Shown here one piece after another: positions 12,391-28,690 of a stretch of DNA of 64,000 nt. The position numbers and the translations under genes are program-made. Every line of letters starts with the position of its first letter. Within the stretch, counting starts at the first letter, position 1. The notes beneath the pieces are model-generated. The model was not told the origin of the DNA. It did not search any database and saw only the letters and a list, made by a program, of their open reading frames with translations. The stretch is from the human T2T-CHM13v2.0 reference genome, Homo sapiens. The stretch is taken from the NCBI RefSeq assembly GCF_009914755.1, contig NC_060945.1. One strand, 5' to 3'.

Positions 12391-14914
12391 GGATACTGAA
12401 TGCATTCCTTCTGAGTTCTTTTTACACCTGGGAACTGTAATTGTTGTGTGTGGGTTAATCTTAACTGTGTGGTAAATGCCCTAAGCATAAGTACTGTCTT
12501 CCTTTTCTCGTATTATTTTTCTAGCACTGAGAACTTTAGAGTTACGTTCATTGAACTAACTATAATTCAATGAACCTGGCCCAGGTCGTTATCTATTTAA
12601 GAATGAGTGACAGGTCTTAACTCTTAATTCACTAGTATTCTTTGGTTGTGTGCAAAAGAAACTGACCCTGACTAACATGAACCAAAGAAAACTGTGGTGA
12701 GTTATTGAGGATTCTCAGACTTGATATATAGTCTGGAGAAGTAGGCTTGGAAATAGGCAAGCAGAAAAGTACATGCAGCAAACTGATCAAGAACCACAGA
12801 AAGTCTCCTGTAACATGAAGGATCCAGTCAGGAAGCCACTGTGGAAAAGGAGAAACCACAACTTTCAATCTCTTTGTCCCTCTGCTCAAGAATCAAATTC
12901 CAGAGAGCTCTGAATTATTGCCTATCTTGAGGAACATTTTCACTGCCTAGCCTACAAGAGGTTTGGGCCCATAATTATAGTCCTGACAGAAGGGAAGGAG
13001 GTAATTCCTCAAATATTTAGAAATCATGGTGTACTTAGGAAGAGAAAAAGGATGCTAGCCAGCCAAATAATTACAAATGTCTACTTCCAGCTGATTTTAG
13101 CTTTTATTATTTTCTGTTTAGAAAGATTCTTAAAAACAAAATTGAAGCCTTATGAAGTATGGGCATGCGATTTATTTTCTGGCTAAAAAACTTGGAACTC
13201 TTTCAACTAAGCTACATTTTCGACAAAAAATTCTATTCTGTAGCTTCTAGGAAGTAAAATGAATATGTTTTTAAAGAGTAGGACATAGGCTCTGAACTAA
13301 TGAGATACAATCAAAAACTTTATACTTGGAAATAAATATTATTTAGTTCTGAAGGAAAAAATTGAATAGGTGGGATGAGGGGAAGAAAATATATGAGTAA
13401 AAGGAGGAACACACACGGAAGAAAAATCCAGCATTATTTGGATAAGCTTCTGAGCAAAATTCAAACCAAATCTAACTCTTGAACATCCGGAGGGAACACT
13501 CGCCACTAATTACAGGACTAAGATATACAAGAAGCCACTTCAGGACCGTGGGGCCAAATCAGCCATCCGATTGTAGTTTTTAAGATGTGGCTGTGGTTGT
13601 TTGTTTGGTGGTAGGAGAAAGTTTAGATTTGCTTTCACTGGCTTTGGTGGATGTTGATATTTCTTTCATCTCTAATCTCATTCCAGAGCTAGGGAGATAC
13701 CTGTGCCAACTCTGGCTTTGTTTGCTCTGCCAGACAATCCTGATGCTGCAAAGTCAAATCATCGTGAAGGAAGTTTGTGCAAATGTGGGAAACAGGACTA
13801 TAATCCTGCTTGAAGTTTGCTTAGATTCCTGGGAAGTCTCCCTATTCCAACCCTTTTTGAGAAAGTAAGTAAAAGAACTGCTTTTATGATTGATTGTAAA
13901 AACTATGGAAGGGTTTAAGTTGGTCTCTATTTGAAACCACAATTTTGGTGATATTTCTATTTTCTTTCATTTCTATTTTTTTCCTAGATAACAATCTCTC
14001 TCTCTCTCTGTGTGTGTGTTTTCGAAGAAGAGCTCAACCTTGAGAAAGTCCACATTTCTGTGTAGGATAAGATAGAGATGAGACATTAGACAAAACGGGT
14101 GAAAAGTACTTTTTGAAAACCGAATGAGTATTTTCTGTGCACAATCTGATTCTGTTATTACAAGTATTAGACATGTTATAGGATGACTTTATAAACCTAT
14201 ACGATTGATGTTTACAGCTTACCTTAGAACTTCTCAGTTTTTCTTTTCCCAAGCTAGACAGATACCCCAGAAAATAAAATAATGATTATAGTGCTTTTAC
14301 TTACATTTATTATGGGAAGGGGTAATTCCTCAAATTGGAACTAAAATTGGAAATCAGATAGCATAGCTGCTTAAGGAGTAACTAAACTATTTGAATTTGT
14401 CACACAGAAAAAAGATCTGACACATTCCTTTTGCTTCAAAAATGTTTTTCTGTCCTTACTGCTAGAAGAATTGATACGCTGTCAGGAATATTGAACACAT
14501 TAAATATTGGCTTTTGAGTTAGGCAAGACAACTTCTTTAATTCTTTCCAAAAATGAGTTTCTATGTTATTATTGTGGCCAGGGATGTAGCCAAAGATGTG
14601 AGCCAAACTGCCTGGGCTTGCATCCTAGCTCTCACCTATGGAATCAGTTGCCATTCATAAATTGCAAAAAATGCAAAAAAAACAGTGGTCTTTGCAGAGC
14701 TATATCTATATATACTAGTTGATAAAGAAAAACCTGGAATTTTTATTTTATTAGTTACTCTTTCATTTGATGGTTCTGAAGAGAGTTATAAGAGTGTGAG
14801 TGCGTGTGTGTGTGCTTACATATCTATGTATACATATAAGTGCATGTATATATGTGTAAGTGGAAATATTTATTTACTGTATTTTATGTATGTATCTTGT
14901 GTGTGTGTATGTGT

Positions 14915-15085
14915 GTGACAGACTCTCACTCTGCTGCTCAGGCTACAGTGCAGTGGTGCGATCGTGTGTCACAGCAGCCCTGAGGGCCCCAGGCTCAGGT
15001 CATCCTCCCAAGTAGCCTCTGCCTCCCAAGTAGCTGAGACTGCAGGTGTGTGCCACCAGACCTGGCTAATTTTTGTATTTTTTAA
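14915..15085 (-). mobile_element. Alu right monomer (AluJ/FRAM-like)
   Basis: gacagactctcactctg...cctcccaagtagctgagact...ctaatttttgtatttt. Confidence 0.85.
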
Positions 15086-15841
15086 AAATAAAGATGACAG
15101 TTGTAATAAATTGAGTGAATAGTCATAATATTATCAAGCTATCCTGAGAGGAAAATCTCAGGTGAGTATCATAATGTTGCTACCCCAACCCATTTCACAT
15201 GGAATACAGTTATAGCAGGCTTAAACCACTTTTGTTTTAACTCCTTTGCCAAGCATTGTCACTTTTTGTAGTAGAGTTGAGATGATTAGGTAGGTAGAAC
15301 CCAACAGAACCCAAGACTGACCCTTGTTTACAATGGAGGTGAGTGTTGAGATGCTGCCCCATAACTGCCATCAAGACTAACTGCTGATATGGAATATGGA
15401 ATGGCATGTTAGTGATGAATGCTTAGTAATTCAATTTTTAGAAAGATTTGTTTTAGCATTTCCTTAGTCATCTCTACCTTCCTTCTAGCCTGTCATTTGT
15501 TCAAGGTGATGGAGGGTATGTGATAACTTGGAGAAATTGTTTGAACTGAATTAATCAGACTACTATTGGCAATAATATTGTGTGGCTCTTTGAGTGTTTT
15601 TTAGATTATTTCAGGAGATGTTTGAAATGAAACTTACTGGCCCTGAAGCCATTTTGAGTTACCTACCAAATTAAGAAATGGTATTCCCTGAGAAATGGAC
15701 ATAAAATTGCACTGCATTCCTAGTTATATTTTCTGATAAATTTTCATGGAAAGTAGGTGTCCTTGGATTTTATAACAGATGAATAAATTCCCAACTACAA
15801 AACGTCATTTCCAGCTTTATTCCAGTTTCCAATACGATGAC

Positions 15842-16396
15842 TGTGATGGTTAATATTGACTGTCAACTTGATTGGATTGAAGTGCAAAGTATTATTCCTG
15901 GGTGTGTCTGTGAGGGTGTTGCCAAAGGAGATGAACATTTGAGTCAGTGGACTTGGTGAGGCAGATCCACCCTCAATTTGGGTGGGCACCATCTAATCAG
16001 CTGCCAGTGTGGCTGAATAAAGCAGGCAAGAGAAGATGGAAGACAAGACTTGCTGAGTCTTCAGCCTTCATCTTTCTCTCAAGCTGGATGCTTCCTGCAT
16101 TCGAACCAGGGACTCCAAGTTCTTCAGCTTTTGGACTCTTGGAGTTATACCAGTGGTTTGCTAGGGGCTCTCCAGCCTTTGACCATAGACTGAAGGCTGC
16201 ACTGTTGGTTTCCCTACTTTTGAGTTTTTGGGACTCGGACTGATTCACCACTGGCTTCCTTGGTCCCCAACTTGCAGACAGCCTATCATGGGACTTTACC
16301 TTGTGATCGTGTGAGTCATTTCTCTTTAATAAACACCCTTTCATGTATACATATATTCTATTAGTTCTGTCCCTCTAGAGAACCCTGACTAATACA
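15842..16396 (+). mobile_element. MLT2B-like (ERVL) solo LTR
   Basis: tgtgatggttaatattga...gagaaccctgactaataca. Perfect TSD atgac at 15837-15841 and 16397-16401. Confidence 0.95.
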
Positions 16397-17029
16397 ATGA
16401 CCTTGTATGATTTTTATTCTAGGGAAAGGAGAGGGAGCAGAAAAAGGAATTGTAATAAGTAACCATGAGAAAGTTTTAAAATCATACCTTCTTTTTAGCA
16501 TTTACAGTTCCTGTGTTGCCATGTCCTGATTTGGGGAGGAAAATACCAGTGATACTACTTGGGGTCTGAGAGGTTTACAGTGGATTTTTCACTCGGATAT
16601 CTATATCTATCTATCTATATATACATATATATCTCAAAACTATTCAGGACTCTCTAAATTCTTCTCATGGATTCATCATCAATTCATGCCACAGTGAGAA
16701 CTTCATTCATATATGGCAGCACATCTGGAAACTGGGTGGCAAGGTCAGATTGAAGTCATGGAACATTCCAGGGAGGTCAAACATTCTAAATAGAAGCAGC
16801 TTAACTCAGAATGTTCTTCAGTAAGTGATGATTGTTTTGGCTTCTGCAGTAGCCTCATTGATGATCTGCCATTAAGAAGCTTTCAACAAGCAAATTTTTC
16901 AAAAACTTGACCTTCTGAAAGGAGGGTAAGAATTTCATTAACTGTAAGCATTAGACCATGAGCACATTATGCTTTAAATTCAGAATGTTTCTCAGAAAGT
17001 CTCACATCATCATTATTCTTTGGTTTTAG

Positions 17030-17356
17030 CATGACTTTGTCCAATATAGTAGCCATTAGCCACATGTGACTATTGAGCACTTGAAATGAATGTAACTAGT
17101 GAGACTGAGGAACTGAATTTTTAATTTTTAAAAAATTTTACTTTATTCAATTAAAAAATTGAATATAACATATATCATTCATATTTTTATATTGATCATA
17201 TGTTAAAATAGTTGTATTTTGAATATATTGAGTTAAATAATGTGCATTACTATTAATAATTTTACCTGTTCTTTACACATTTTTGTTAATGTGACCACCA
17301 CAAAATTTAAAATTACATATGTGGCTTGTATTATATTTCTATTAGGCCAGTTCTGC
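17030..17356 (-). mobile_element. MER33/MER3-type hAT-Charlie DNA transposon
   Basis: tgtccaatatagtagccattagccacatgtgactattgagcacttgaaatg...aaaattacatatgtggcttgtattatatttctatt. Confidence 0.8.
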
Positions 17357-18039
17357 CTTTTACTTGTTGGAGACTCAAAGGTGTCTAATTTACTTAGATA
17401 CATAATCTGTCTTCCTTTTTTCACCTCTAGAGTGATGGTATATAATTGTTTTCATTAATTGATTTAATAGCTGGTTTCAGAAGAAATGACTCTGATTCTT
17501 CCATCCAATCATCTAATTACTTGAGAATATCTTGCTTTTTCTGAGAACAAATTCACTATTATCAGATAGTCGAGGTCACTATTATAATGCTCTGTTATTT
17601 CTTTTTCCCTTAGCCCCCTTTAATTCTCAAGGCTAACCCATGCAACAGTCATAGGCATGTCATTAAAAAATATTTTTGTTCATAGTTTTGATTCAATAAT
17701 ACCTCCAGGATGTCTTAATTATATCTGCTTTAGTCCAGCTAGTACATTGCTTCCTCCGGATTTCTGATATTCTTGACCTTAAACTTCTTGTCTCATTTCA
17801 CATGCTCTTGTTGATCTTGATCTAAATTACTTCCCATGTCTTTTCTCAGAATTCTGCTTTCTAAGTAATATCCTCTCAATTCCACACCTTGATTGTTGGA
17901 ACCCAGAATGGTGCAAAGCTGGATGCAAAGGCTATTGTAGGTGCTGGATACAGCTCCATAGGAAGACATGGCTTCTGACCTTATGTGACCCACAGTCTAG
18001 TGGGGGAAACACAAAGTAAACATGTGTGTTTCTTTTCCA

Positions 18040-18720
18040 GGATGCTAGAACCTGCCTTTCCTGTAAGCTCAGAGAGGAGAAGTAGCTGGGCATTTATTTC
18101 TCCCTGGGAACAGCCCTTGGCTAATAACTGATACATTAAGGAATAGAAATACTCCATCCCCTAATCAGGACACCTCTAAGCTGAGAACAACACGGAATGC
18201 AAACTGCCTCTGGATTATTGAGCCTAAGATACATTCTGCTGGGCTATGCTTGCTATCACAGCCTTCCTTGGTCTCCTTCCTCTTCTGGTCCCAACTCCTT
18301 CCTCCTTTACTTCTGTCCTGGGAATACTTCAAATAAGCCACTTTACCCCTAAATCCTCATTTCAGTATGATGCTTCTGGGGAATCCAACCCTGTATCAGT
18401 AATTTTAGGTACTGAAATTGGTTCTAGGAAGCCAACTTTTAGGATGAGACTTAGAATTAAATCACTCAATGCCCAGATGGCAACAGAGAAGCTGTTGTTT
18501 GTGGTGAGTGAAGGGATGATATCCTCTGGCCTGCTGTAGCATTAAATTGTTGATATTTTTACCTGTGGTGAGTTGGGATGGAATACAAGTGAAAAGGGAT
18601 GCACTGGACCACACAGCAGCTATGAAATTTAATACTTTTGTAATTTGATAGTAATTATAAGAAGGATGGGGTTGTTTAGTGGCTGCTAATTGATGTACTG
18701 CAGAAAGAAAACACTGTGCT
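18040..18720 (+). mobile_element. LTR16-like ERVL LTR with adjoining internal fragment
   Basis: LTR 3' motif aaatcctc...tgcttctggggaatccaacc, followed by ggttctaggaagc. Degenerate. Confidence 0.5.
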
Positions 18721-20700
18721 TTGGTTAGTCAATTGCCAGTTCATGGGGAAGAAGGAGATCAAGAATTCTGTTTCACAGATATTTAGTTTGTATCTGAGGG
18801 CGATTTTAAGGAGAGTTCATATATCTGCAGATTGGGTCAAAAGCAGAAAAATAAATTTTCAAATCATCCCTCTTTACATGGTATTTAAGACAATTTGTAT
18901 TAATAAGAGTTAATACTAGCAAACAACACTAAAAGGGATCATCTCAAGAAGAAAAGAATATTGAATGGATGTTGGGTCATTCAAAGAATTGCCAGGATAT
19001 CTCAGGGAATTGTCAGGAACAAAGAGGGCTGGCAAGAGCCAGAATTGCAAGACCACGATAATGGCACAGATTCTCTCCAAAGAGGACACTGCTACTGCCA
19101 TGATGCAACTGAGTATCTCAGCTTATACAATCTCTACTTCTAGCTCTGATTCCTGGATGCCACCATAGATAGGCATCTCAGCTACTGGTGCCCTGGATAA
19201 TGAGTGTAGCTGCAGCTGACATTAGAAAGAATTCCCTATGGACTCTGTTTGTTCTATCTCACAAGCTCCAAATTTGAAGATTGGTGGATTTTTGTGATTA
19301 GACAAGCCAAGGCCATGCTGCCTTGTGTCCCACATAAGACACCAGTGCAGCGTGTCCTCTTTGAAACTCAGGATAACGTTTTTGAGATTCAGCCAAACTG
19401 TTGCATGTATCATGCAAATTCATTATTTTCTATTTCTGAGTAGTATTCCATTGTGTAGGGACACAACAGTTTGTTTATATCCTAGTATATCCTTGCCTTC
19501 ATTGAGTTCTCAAAGTTTTTTTTTTTTATAGTTCTCTTTTAGAAGCTGAATAGCTTTAGCTTTAACATTTAGGTTTATGATCCAGTCTGAGAAAATTTTC
19601 TGTATATTTAATAGTATGAAATATTGAAGTTTTTTTCCACATAGATATCCATTTGCTTCACTACTATTTTTGAAAAAACGATCCTTTTCCCATTGTATTT
19701 CTGTAGCACATTTATTGAAACATAACACTGTGCCCCGCAAATACATACAATTATTATGTGTCAGTTAAGAATAAAATTAAAATACAAAAATAAAAGAAAA
19801 CGACCATATATATGTGTATATACTTCTAAAGTTTCTATTCTGTTCCATTGAGTGATATGTTGATACAATTGACATTATCACCTTTGTGATCACTACAGCT
19901 TTGTGGTGAGTCTTAAATTGCATTAGTACACTACCTCCAACTTTTTTCTTTAAAAAAATTTTTCTTGCCTATTCTAATCATTTGAATTTCAAAATAAATA
20001 TTTGAATCAGCTTATTAGTTAGAAGGAAAAAGCTCTGCTGAAATTATGATTAGAATGATCAATACATCAACTTGGGAAAATTGACTTTTTAATATTGTGT
20101 TCTAATGAACATAATATATCTCTTCATTTAATTTTTCATAATTCCTCTCAGCAATGTTTTGTAATTTTTACAATAGAAGTCATGCATTATTTATATCCAT
20201 AGCTAAATATTTTATGCTATTGAAATTATTTTTAAACATTTCAATATGCCATTATTAGTTGCTAATATATAGAATTATAATTAATTTTTAAAATATTGAT
20301 CTTCTATCCTATATTCTTACATTATTTTAAATTTATAGGATATTCTGAGTAGATATTTTGTAGCTTCTTTAATTTTTTTTATGCTTATTATCATACTGTC
20401 TTCCAGTAAAGAAAGTTTTGTTTTATTCCCAATTTGCTAGGAGCATTTATCATGATTAGTTATTGAATGTTGTCAAATAGTTTTTTCTCCATTTAGTGAG
20501 ATAGCATATTATTTCTTTCTCTCCTCTGTTAATATCACAAATTACCTTGATTTGCTATTCAACTATTAACCAAACTTGAAATATTGTGATAAGCCCAAAT
20601 TGGTCATGTGGCACTAAATTTTTGTTTTGCTGGATTTTACTTGCTAATCTTTGGTAAAGACTTTTGTGTTTATGTTTATAAGGTATATTGGTAGTTTTCT

Positions 20701-22855
<2,155 letters not shown>

Positions 22856-23083
22856 TAAAATGAATTGGAAATTATTCCCCCCTCTAATTCTAATTAACGA
22901 GTTCATGTAAAACTATTGTTTTCTTTCTTCAATGTTTAATAGAATTCAGCAGTGAAAGACATTCTGCCTACCCAATGCTTCTTTTTTTTACTAGTATTCA
23001 ATAATATGATTAAAATATGGCTTCTGTGGTTTTCTTTGTCTTTATCCTCTTTGTTGAGTTTCTCAGAACTGCAGATTTATAGT

Positions 23084-23454
23084 TGTATTAGTCCATTTTC
23101 ACATTGCTAAAAGGAAATACATGAGACCGGGTAATTTACAAAGGAAAGAGGTTTAATTGACTCACAGTCGGGCCTGAGCAGGCCCAAGGAAACTTACAAT
23201 CATGGTGGAAGGCTAAGGGGAGGCAGGCACTTTCTTCACAAGATGGCTGGAGAAAGAAGCGCTGAATTGAAGGGGGAAGAATCCCTTATAAAACCATCAG
23301 ACCTCGTGAGAACTCACTGTCACAAGAACAGCATGGGGGAAACTACCCCCATGATTCAATTACCTCCATGTGGTCTCTCACTTGACACATGGGGATTATG
23401 GGGATTACAATTCAAGATGAAATTTGGGTGGGGACAGAAAGTCTAACCATATCA
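23084..23454 (-). mobile_element. MaLR solo LTR (THE1D/MSTA-like)
   Basis: tgtattagtcc...aaccatatca. TSD atagt at 23079-23083 and 23455-23459. Confidence 0.94.
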
Positions 23455-25763
23455 ATAGTTTTCATCAAAGTTGGAGAAAATTTGACTATTATTGCTTTAA
23501 TCTGACCTTTCCTCCTCTTTTTCTGGAAGTCCAGTTGTCCCACAGGTAAGTGAGACTGTATTTATTTTTCAAGATTTTTTCCTTTCAGTATTTTTGTTTG
23601 CATACTTTCGTTGCTATGTCTTCAAGTTCATTGGTCTTTTATTATATGGTCTGTTATCTACTACAAAGTCCATCCATTTAATTTTTTCTCCCAGATATTA
23701 TGCTTGTCAACTCTATGAAGTACATTTGTTTTCCCAAGTCTTCCACTGCTCTAGTACCTTGTTTTCTTTTAAATCCTTAAGACTATGTATAATGTTTTAA
23801 TGTACTTGTCTGCTACTTCCATCATCTCTAATTTGTTTGGTTCTATCACGTTTCTCATGATTATGAGTCATAAATTCCTGCTTCATGTTCAGTAGTTTTT
23901 ATATGATATTGGACATTGTGAAATTATGGTGATAAGTGTGTGGATCTTGCTGTCTTCATGTAAAGAGTGTTGAAGTATATTTTGGCAGAAAATTTAATCA
24001 TTTGTGCATTATTTTGAACTTTATCTCTCATCTTTTTAAGGGTGGCATATAGTAGCCCTACTATGAAGTACCCTCTGCATTTTCTTTTAAATGCCTCAGA
24101 CATTCAACAAAGTATCCCCTTTTGGCTTGATCAGTGTGAAGTTGTCTCCCATTCCTGTATGATCTTCGGGAATCATTCAGCTTACAGCTGCGCAGTAGCT
24201 TTTCATTTTTGTACAGGCTCATGGAGTTTTACCCTATTCATTACTTAGTTTTACCTCATGCATATATTGCTTAGTGTTCAACCAAGCTATCAAGGGGATC
24301 CATGCAGATTTCTAGAGCTATTTACTCTTTCTTGCAAGTTCAGCTGCTTCAGCCTTTCTGAACTCTAATTGCTGTTCCATCAACTAGGTGAGACTGTCAT
24401 GCTTGGTTTGGGCTCCCCTTATCTGCTCTGAAATTAAGAAAGGTGTTTCCAGGAAGAAAGTGCAGTGATTATATAGTTCACCTCTTTTGTTTCCCTTTTT
24501 TAAAGCAATGCAGTCCTGTACTTCCAGCTGTCCAATGCCTGAAAATAGCTGTTTTACATATTTTGTCAGTTTTCTAGTTGTTTTTAGTGGGAAAGCAAGT
24601 TCAATTTCTGTGATTGTGTCATAAGCTGAAATAGCTGTTCTTTCTTAACTTTTAAACCTCTATCTTGAAATTTAAAACTGTGTCAAAATAATAATTGGTA
24701 ATATACTTTCAAAATCCAAATGGTCATCAAATATGCTGGTCTTAAGTGAAATTAGCAATCTAGCATTTTATTTTGGGAATGCCTAGATACCTCTGACTGT
24801 CAAAATAATAATATGGCTTCAATTTTTGATAGTGACATCAAAAAATAAAACCTTTTACCAAATAAATCCCCCAAATCAGAATAGCAAAGTCTTTTGTATT
24901 CCTCAAATCAGTCAAAGGTGTTTTGTTTTAATTTTTCATTTATAGTTTCAGAGAAAAATTTATATTCTTTAGAATATATTTGTAGTAGTTGGTGTTCTCA
25001 TTTCTTTTTCTTATTTTACATACTAGAATCATACTCTTGCATCAAATTCAAAAGCAAATATACAAAAAGACAGGATAAAAATCGACCATCAGCCAAAAAA
25101 AAAACCCAGTATTTAATCTAAACTCCTTTGCTCTTTTTTCTTGAATTATTTTGCCATACAAGTAAATGAACACAAAAGAGACAATCAAGTATTCCCTGGC
25201 TGATAATGTATAAAGATGAATTTCAACACTTCTCTTTGGAAGCTTTAAGTAATGTTCAGTCCTGAAACAGGACTTTAAAGGGATCCATTTTCATTCACAG
25301 TCACATAGATAGAGTCAATGCTTTAACTTTGGTCACAATCTCATTTTGGTCCCTTTGTCTGATCTCTCATTCCTTAAGTTGTGTCTGCTCCTGCTCTAAA
25401 TCAGACCACATATCACAAAGGCAGCACAGGGATTTGTGGGTGGAACAATCCCAAGTTTCCTACTGAAGACTAGCAGTACTGTGTGCTCACTGAGTCTCTG
25501 AAGCTCAGAGAGGTATTAGTTTTAGTGTTTGCGGTGGGAAGGGCAGGGACAGGAGAGGTTGGGCATGGTACCATGCTCACTATGGTAAGGCATAGAGAAG
25601 TGTCACATGGAAATGTGAAGTGTTGTGAGGACATCAATGTGAACTTGGTCTTTTTGAACCAATAGATGAACAGGTGCTGTTGACAGCGTTGGCAAGTAAT
25701 TTGACTTCTGGTCATGAATTATTGATCTCATCCCATAAAAATGCAATGGGGCAGGTGACCACA

Positions 25764-25881
25764 CATTTTTAAATTACTTTTGGCATCATCAGCTTCTGGT
25801 CATCTCTTTATGTAAGTGTTTTCATTTTTAAATTAGATTTGGCATCATCAGCTTCTGGCCATCTCTTTGTGTAAGCGTTTT
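25764..25881. repeat. 59-bp tandem duplication (2 copies, 5 mismatches)
   Basis: 25764-25822 aligns to 25823-25881 without gaps. Confidence 0.95.
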
Positions 25882-26514
25882 ATCCTACAGGTAAATAAAC
25901 TGACTCCAGCTGTCTTGCGTGTCAACTCTTCCAACAAGCCTGACACTTAGCTATGATTTGGCTGCATACAAACCAAGCACTGTCTCCAACCAACACTTAT
26001 TTTGGCTTCTATTTCCTAGGTCCATGGTATACATGAAAATTTCTCACGTGATTTTAATATAGTTTTATCCGATAGAGCAAACATTGAATCAGCATCTATG
26101 TTGAGTTAGTCAGACAAAGTATGATGCCGTATTTGAATGCATTTATAAAAATAACACTACTATCTTAGGTATAAGAAAGGATTATCATTTTTCTGGGGAT
26201 TTGAGGTTTTAAAAGTGTGTATCTTGAGTGACTGATAACATTTTGTTAGCATTATCTGAGGTCGGGGCATACACTGTGATCATCTTCTCAAGTCTCCTAA
26301 GATTCTTGAGACTAAATTTAGTGAAGTGAACAATAAATGGTTATAGGCTAAGCTATGATGTGAAACTGATTTAGTGGATGAAGATATGACCAGTTTTCAA
26401 GGTGTTTATGCTTTAAACACATTTTTTCTGTTTGGTTGATGTTTTCCCCCTCATTTTCCTATTGCTAGTCAGTTATTCATCTTAGTTCAAAGCTAGCACT
26501 TTAGTACTTTTGGA

Positions 26515-26885
26515 AAAGGACATAGAGAATAAAGGAATGGTTACCAGAGGCTGGGAAGGGTACTAGGGGGTTGAGGGGGAGGTGGGGATGGATCATGCGT
26601 ACAAAAAAAAAGGGAGAAAAGATGAATAAGACCTACTCTTTGATAGCATAATAGGGTGACTATAGCCAATAATAATTTAATTGTATATTTTTAAATAAAT
26701 AATGTAATTGGATTGTTTGGAACTCAAAGGATAAACGCTTGAGGGGATGGATACCCCATTCTCCATGATGTGCTTATTTCACATTGCATGCTTGTATCAA
26801 GACATCTCATGTACCCCATAAATATATACACCTACTGTGTGCCCACAAGAATTTTTTTAAAAATACAAACAATTAAAAAAATACA
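26515..26885 (+). mobile_element. L1MA2/3-like 3' end
   Basis: atggttaccagaggctgggaaggg...ggggatggataccccatt...catgtaccccataaatatatacacctact plus an A-rich tail. Confidence 0.88.
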
Positions 26886-28564
26886 CAGAAATTCAGAAAA
26901 TTAAAATGAAAGGATATACTGTGGGGCCAAAAACTAAAGCAGTGACTATAAGTGAGGCCGAAGGGCTTCTCAGAAGCAAGAAAGTCTAGATCCCATTTGC
27001 TTTGATGTTTTGGGTAAGGCTTTGTCATTGTTTGCTTCTTGACTCAGCTAGATAGGTCTAGTTAGTATTTAAATTCCAACTTCCAAATCACAAAGTGATC
27101 TCACATTCACTTTGTGACTTTTAACGCTTACATTAGTAATAGGCTTATCAACATTTTGATGCCAGTAGAGGGGACCAATAATTATTGAGATCTAACGGAA
27201 ATAAAATAAAGGTTTAACTTATTTAGTTGATTCTCTCAGATGTTCATATTTAGCCTAGGGAAAATATATTTGCTAAGTTTTTGTTATAGGAGCCACAGGA
27301 ATAAACATTTATTCTCTCTCCCAAAGTTTTCTTCTCACATTCTTTCTGTTTTACTCAGTGACTCTCTGTCTCCCTCTATTTTTATTCATGACTTGATTTT
27401 GTTGGTATATTCAGTTCGTCATTCATTCATTAAATGTGAGTGGAAGTGAAGTTCCATTAGAAGTTTAGCACAAACATGACTGGTTTATTTCAGGGTAAGC
27501 CCATCAACCAAAGGTGGAAAAAATTCCAAAAAAATTCTATTTGCTGGAAAATTTGCTAACAAACTTGGATACGCAAAAGACTTGCTCACAATGTGGGATT
27601 TGAGGGTGGGGGCCCGGGTGGAGAAAATGCAAAATATAATAAACACAACAGACATTCACTGGCATAAAACTGATTGGAGTGCTTTAGGAAAACAAGTTAC
27701 GAGAGAACTATGAAAACAGCTTTGTACTTTGTGAAGTGGAACATTTTAGAGATGCAGATTATAAAGATTGGAACTAATAGCAAAGCCCCAAAATGAGGTT
27801 TTTGTTTTGGGTCTGCACATGCACAATTTATTCTTCATTCAAAAAGAAATTTTAGTTTGCAAACAGGATGTATACCAGACCCCTTAACAATCTAAGTATT
27901 TCATCTACACAGAGGATTAGTATAAACACTTGCCCTTTTATAGTGAAAAAAGGTTAAGCTAAAATGAAACAAATTGCATTTAGCTTATCTTTTTAAAATT
28001 AGAAGAAAAAATATAAATGAAGCATTAGGTTTTTTATTAAAAACATATTTTAGAATGTTTCTTTTTCAGGTATATTTATTTTCTTCTTTCATTTGTTGAC
28101 TTCACCGTGAACTTAAATAAGTTCTTGGCATGTTCTTGGTTTATTTGACTTTTGACTTAACAAGGCAAGGTATGAATTTGAGTCTCTAAATTTGGAAGAA
28201 GTTCTTTGAAGTGAGGCCCTCTTAGCTTCCTGGAGGAAGCGACAATTAAATTTGCCCTTAGGGAAAGGACACAATTTCAGTAACAAAAGGATGGGGTAGA
28301 GTACTCATACAGAGGGGATGGGCCCCTAGAATGCAAGGATGTGGGGGACAGCCAAGTCATGTCAGGTGGTTGAGAGTAACCTCAGGGTGCAGGACATAGG
28401 CAAAGTGGAAGGTAAAGCAGGAAAGTTAGGCTTGCCCACACCCTATCATGTCAGGATTCAGAGGTTTATTTTAATAATTGGCACCTGGTAGCCTTTAACA
28501 GCTTTAAGTAGAGTTCCATGAAAAAGAGTGGATAAGAAAGAAAGAATCACTGAAAAAAAGAGAC

Positions 28565-28690
28565 CAAATATTTATGGAGCTATTCCTCTGTGCTACATAT
28601 TATATAGTTATGCTATATCCCCTATCATGCAGATGGGGAAACTAAAGCTCAGACGTGTTTAAAAACTTGCTAAGATTTATAGATTGATAA
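28565..28690 (-). mobile_element. MIR fragment
   Basis: gcagatggggaaactaaagctcaga core. Confidence 0.6.
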
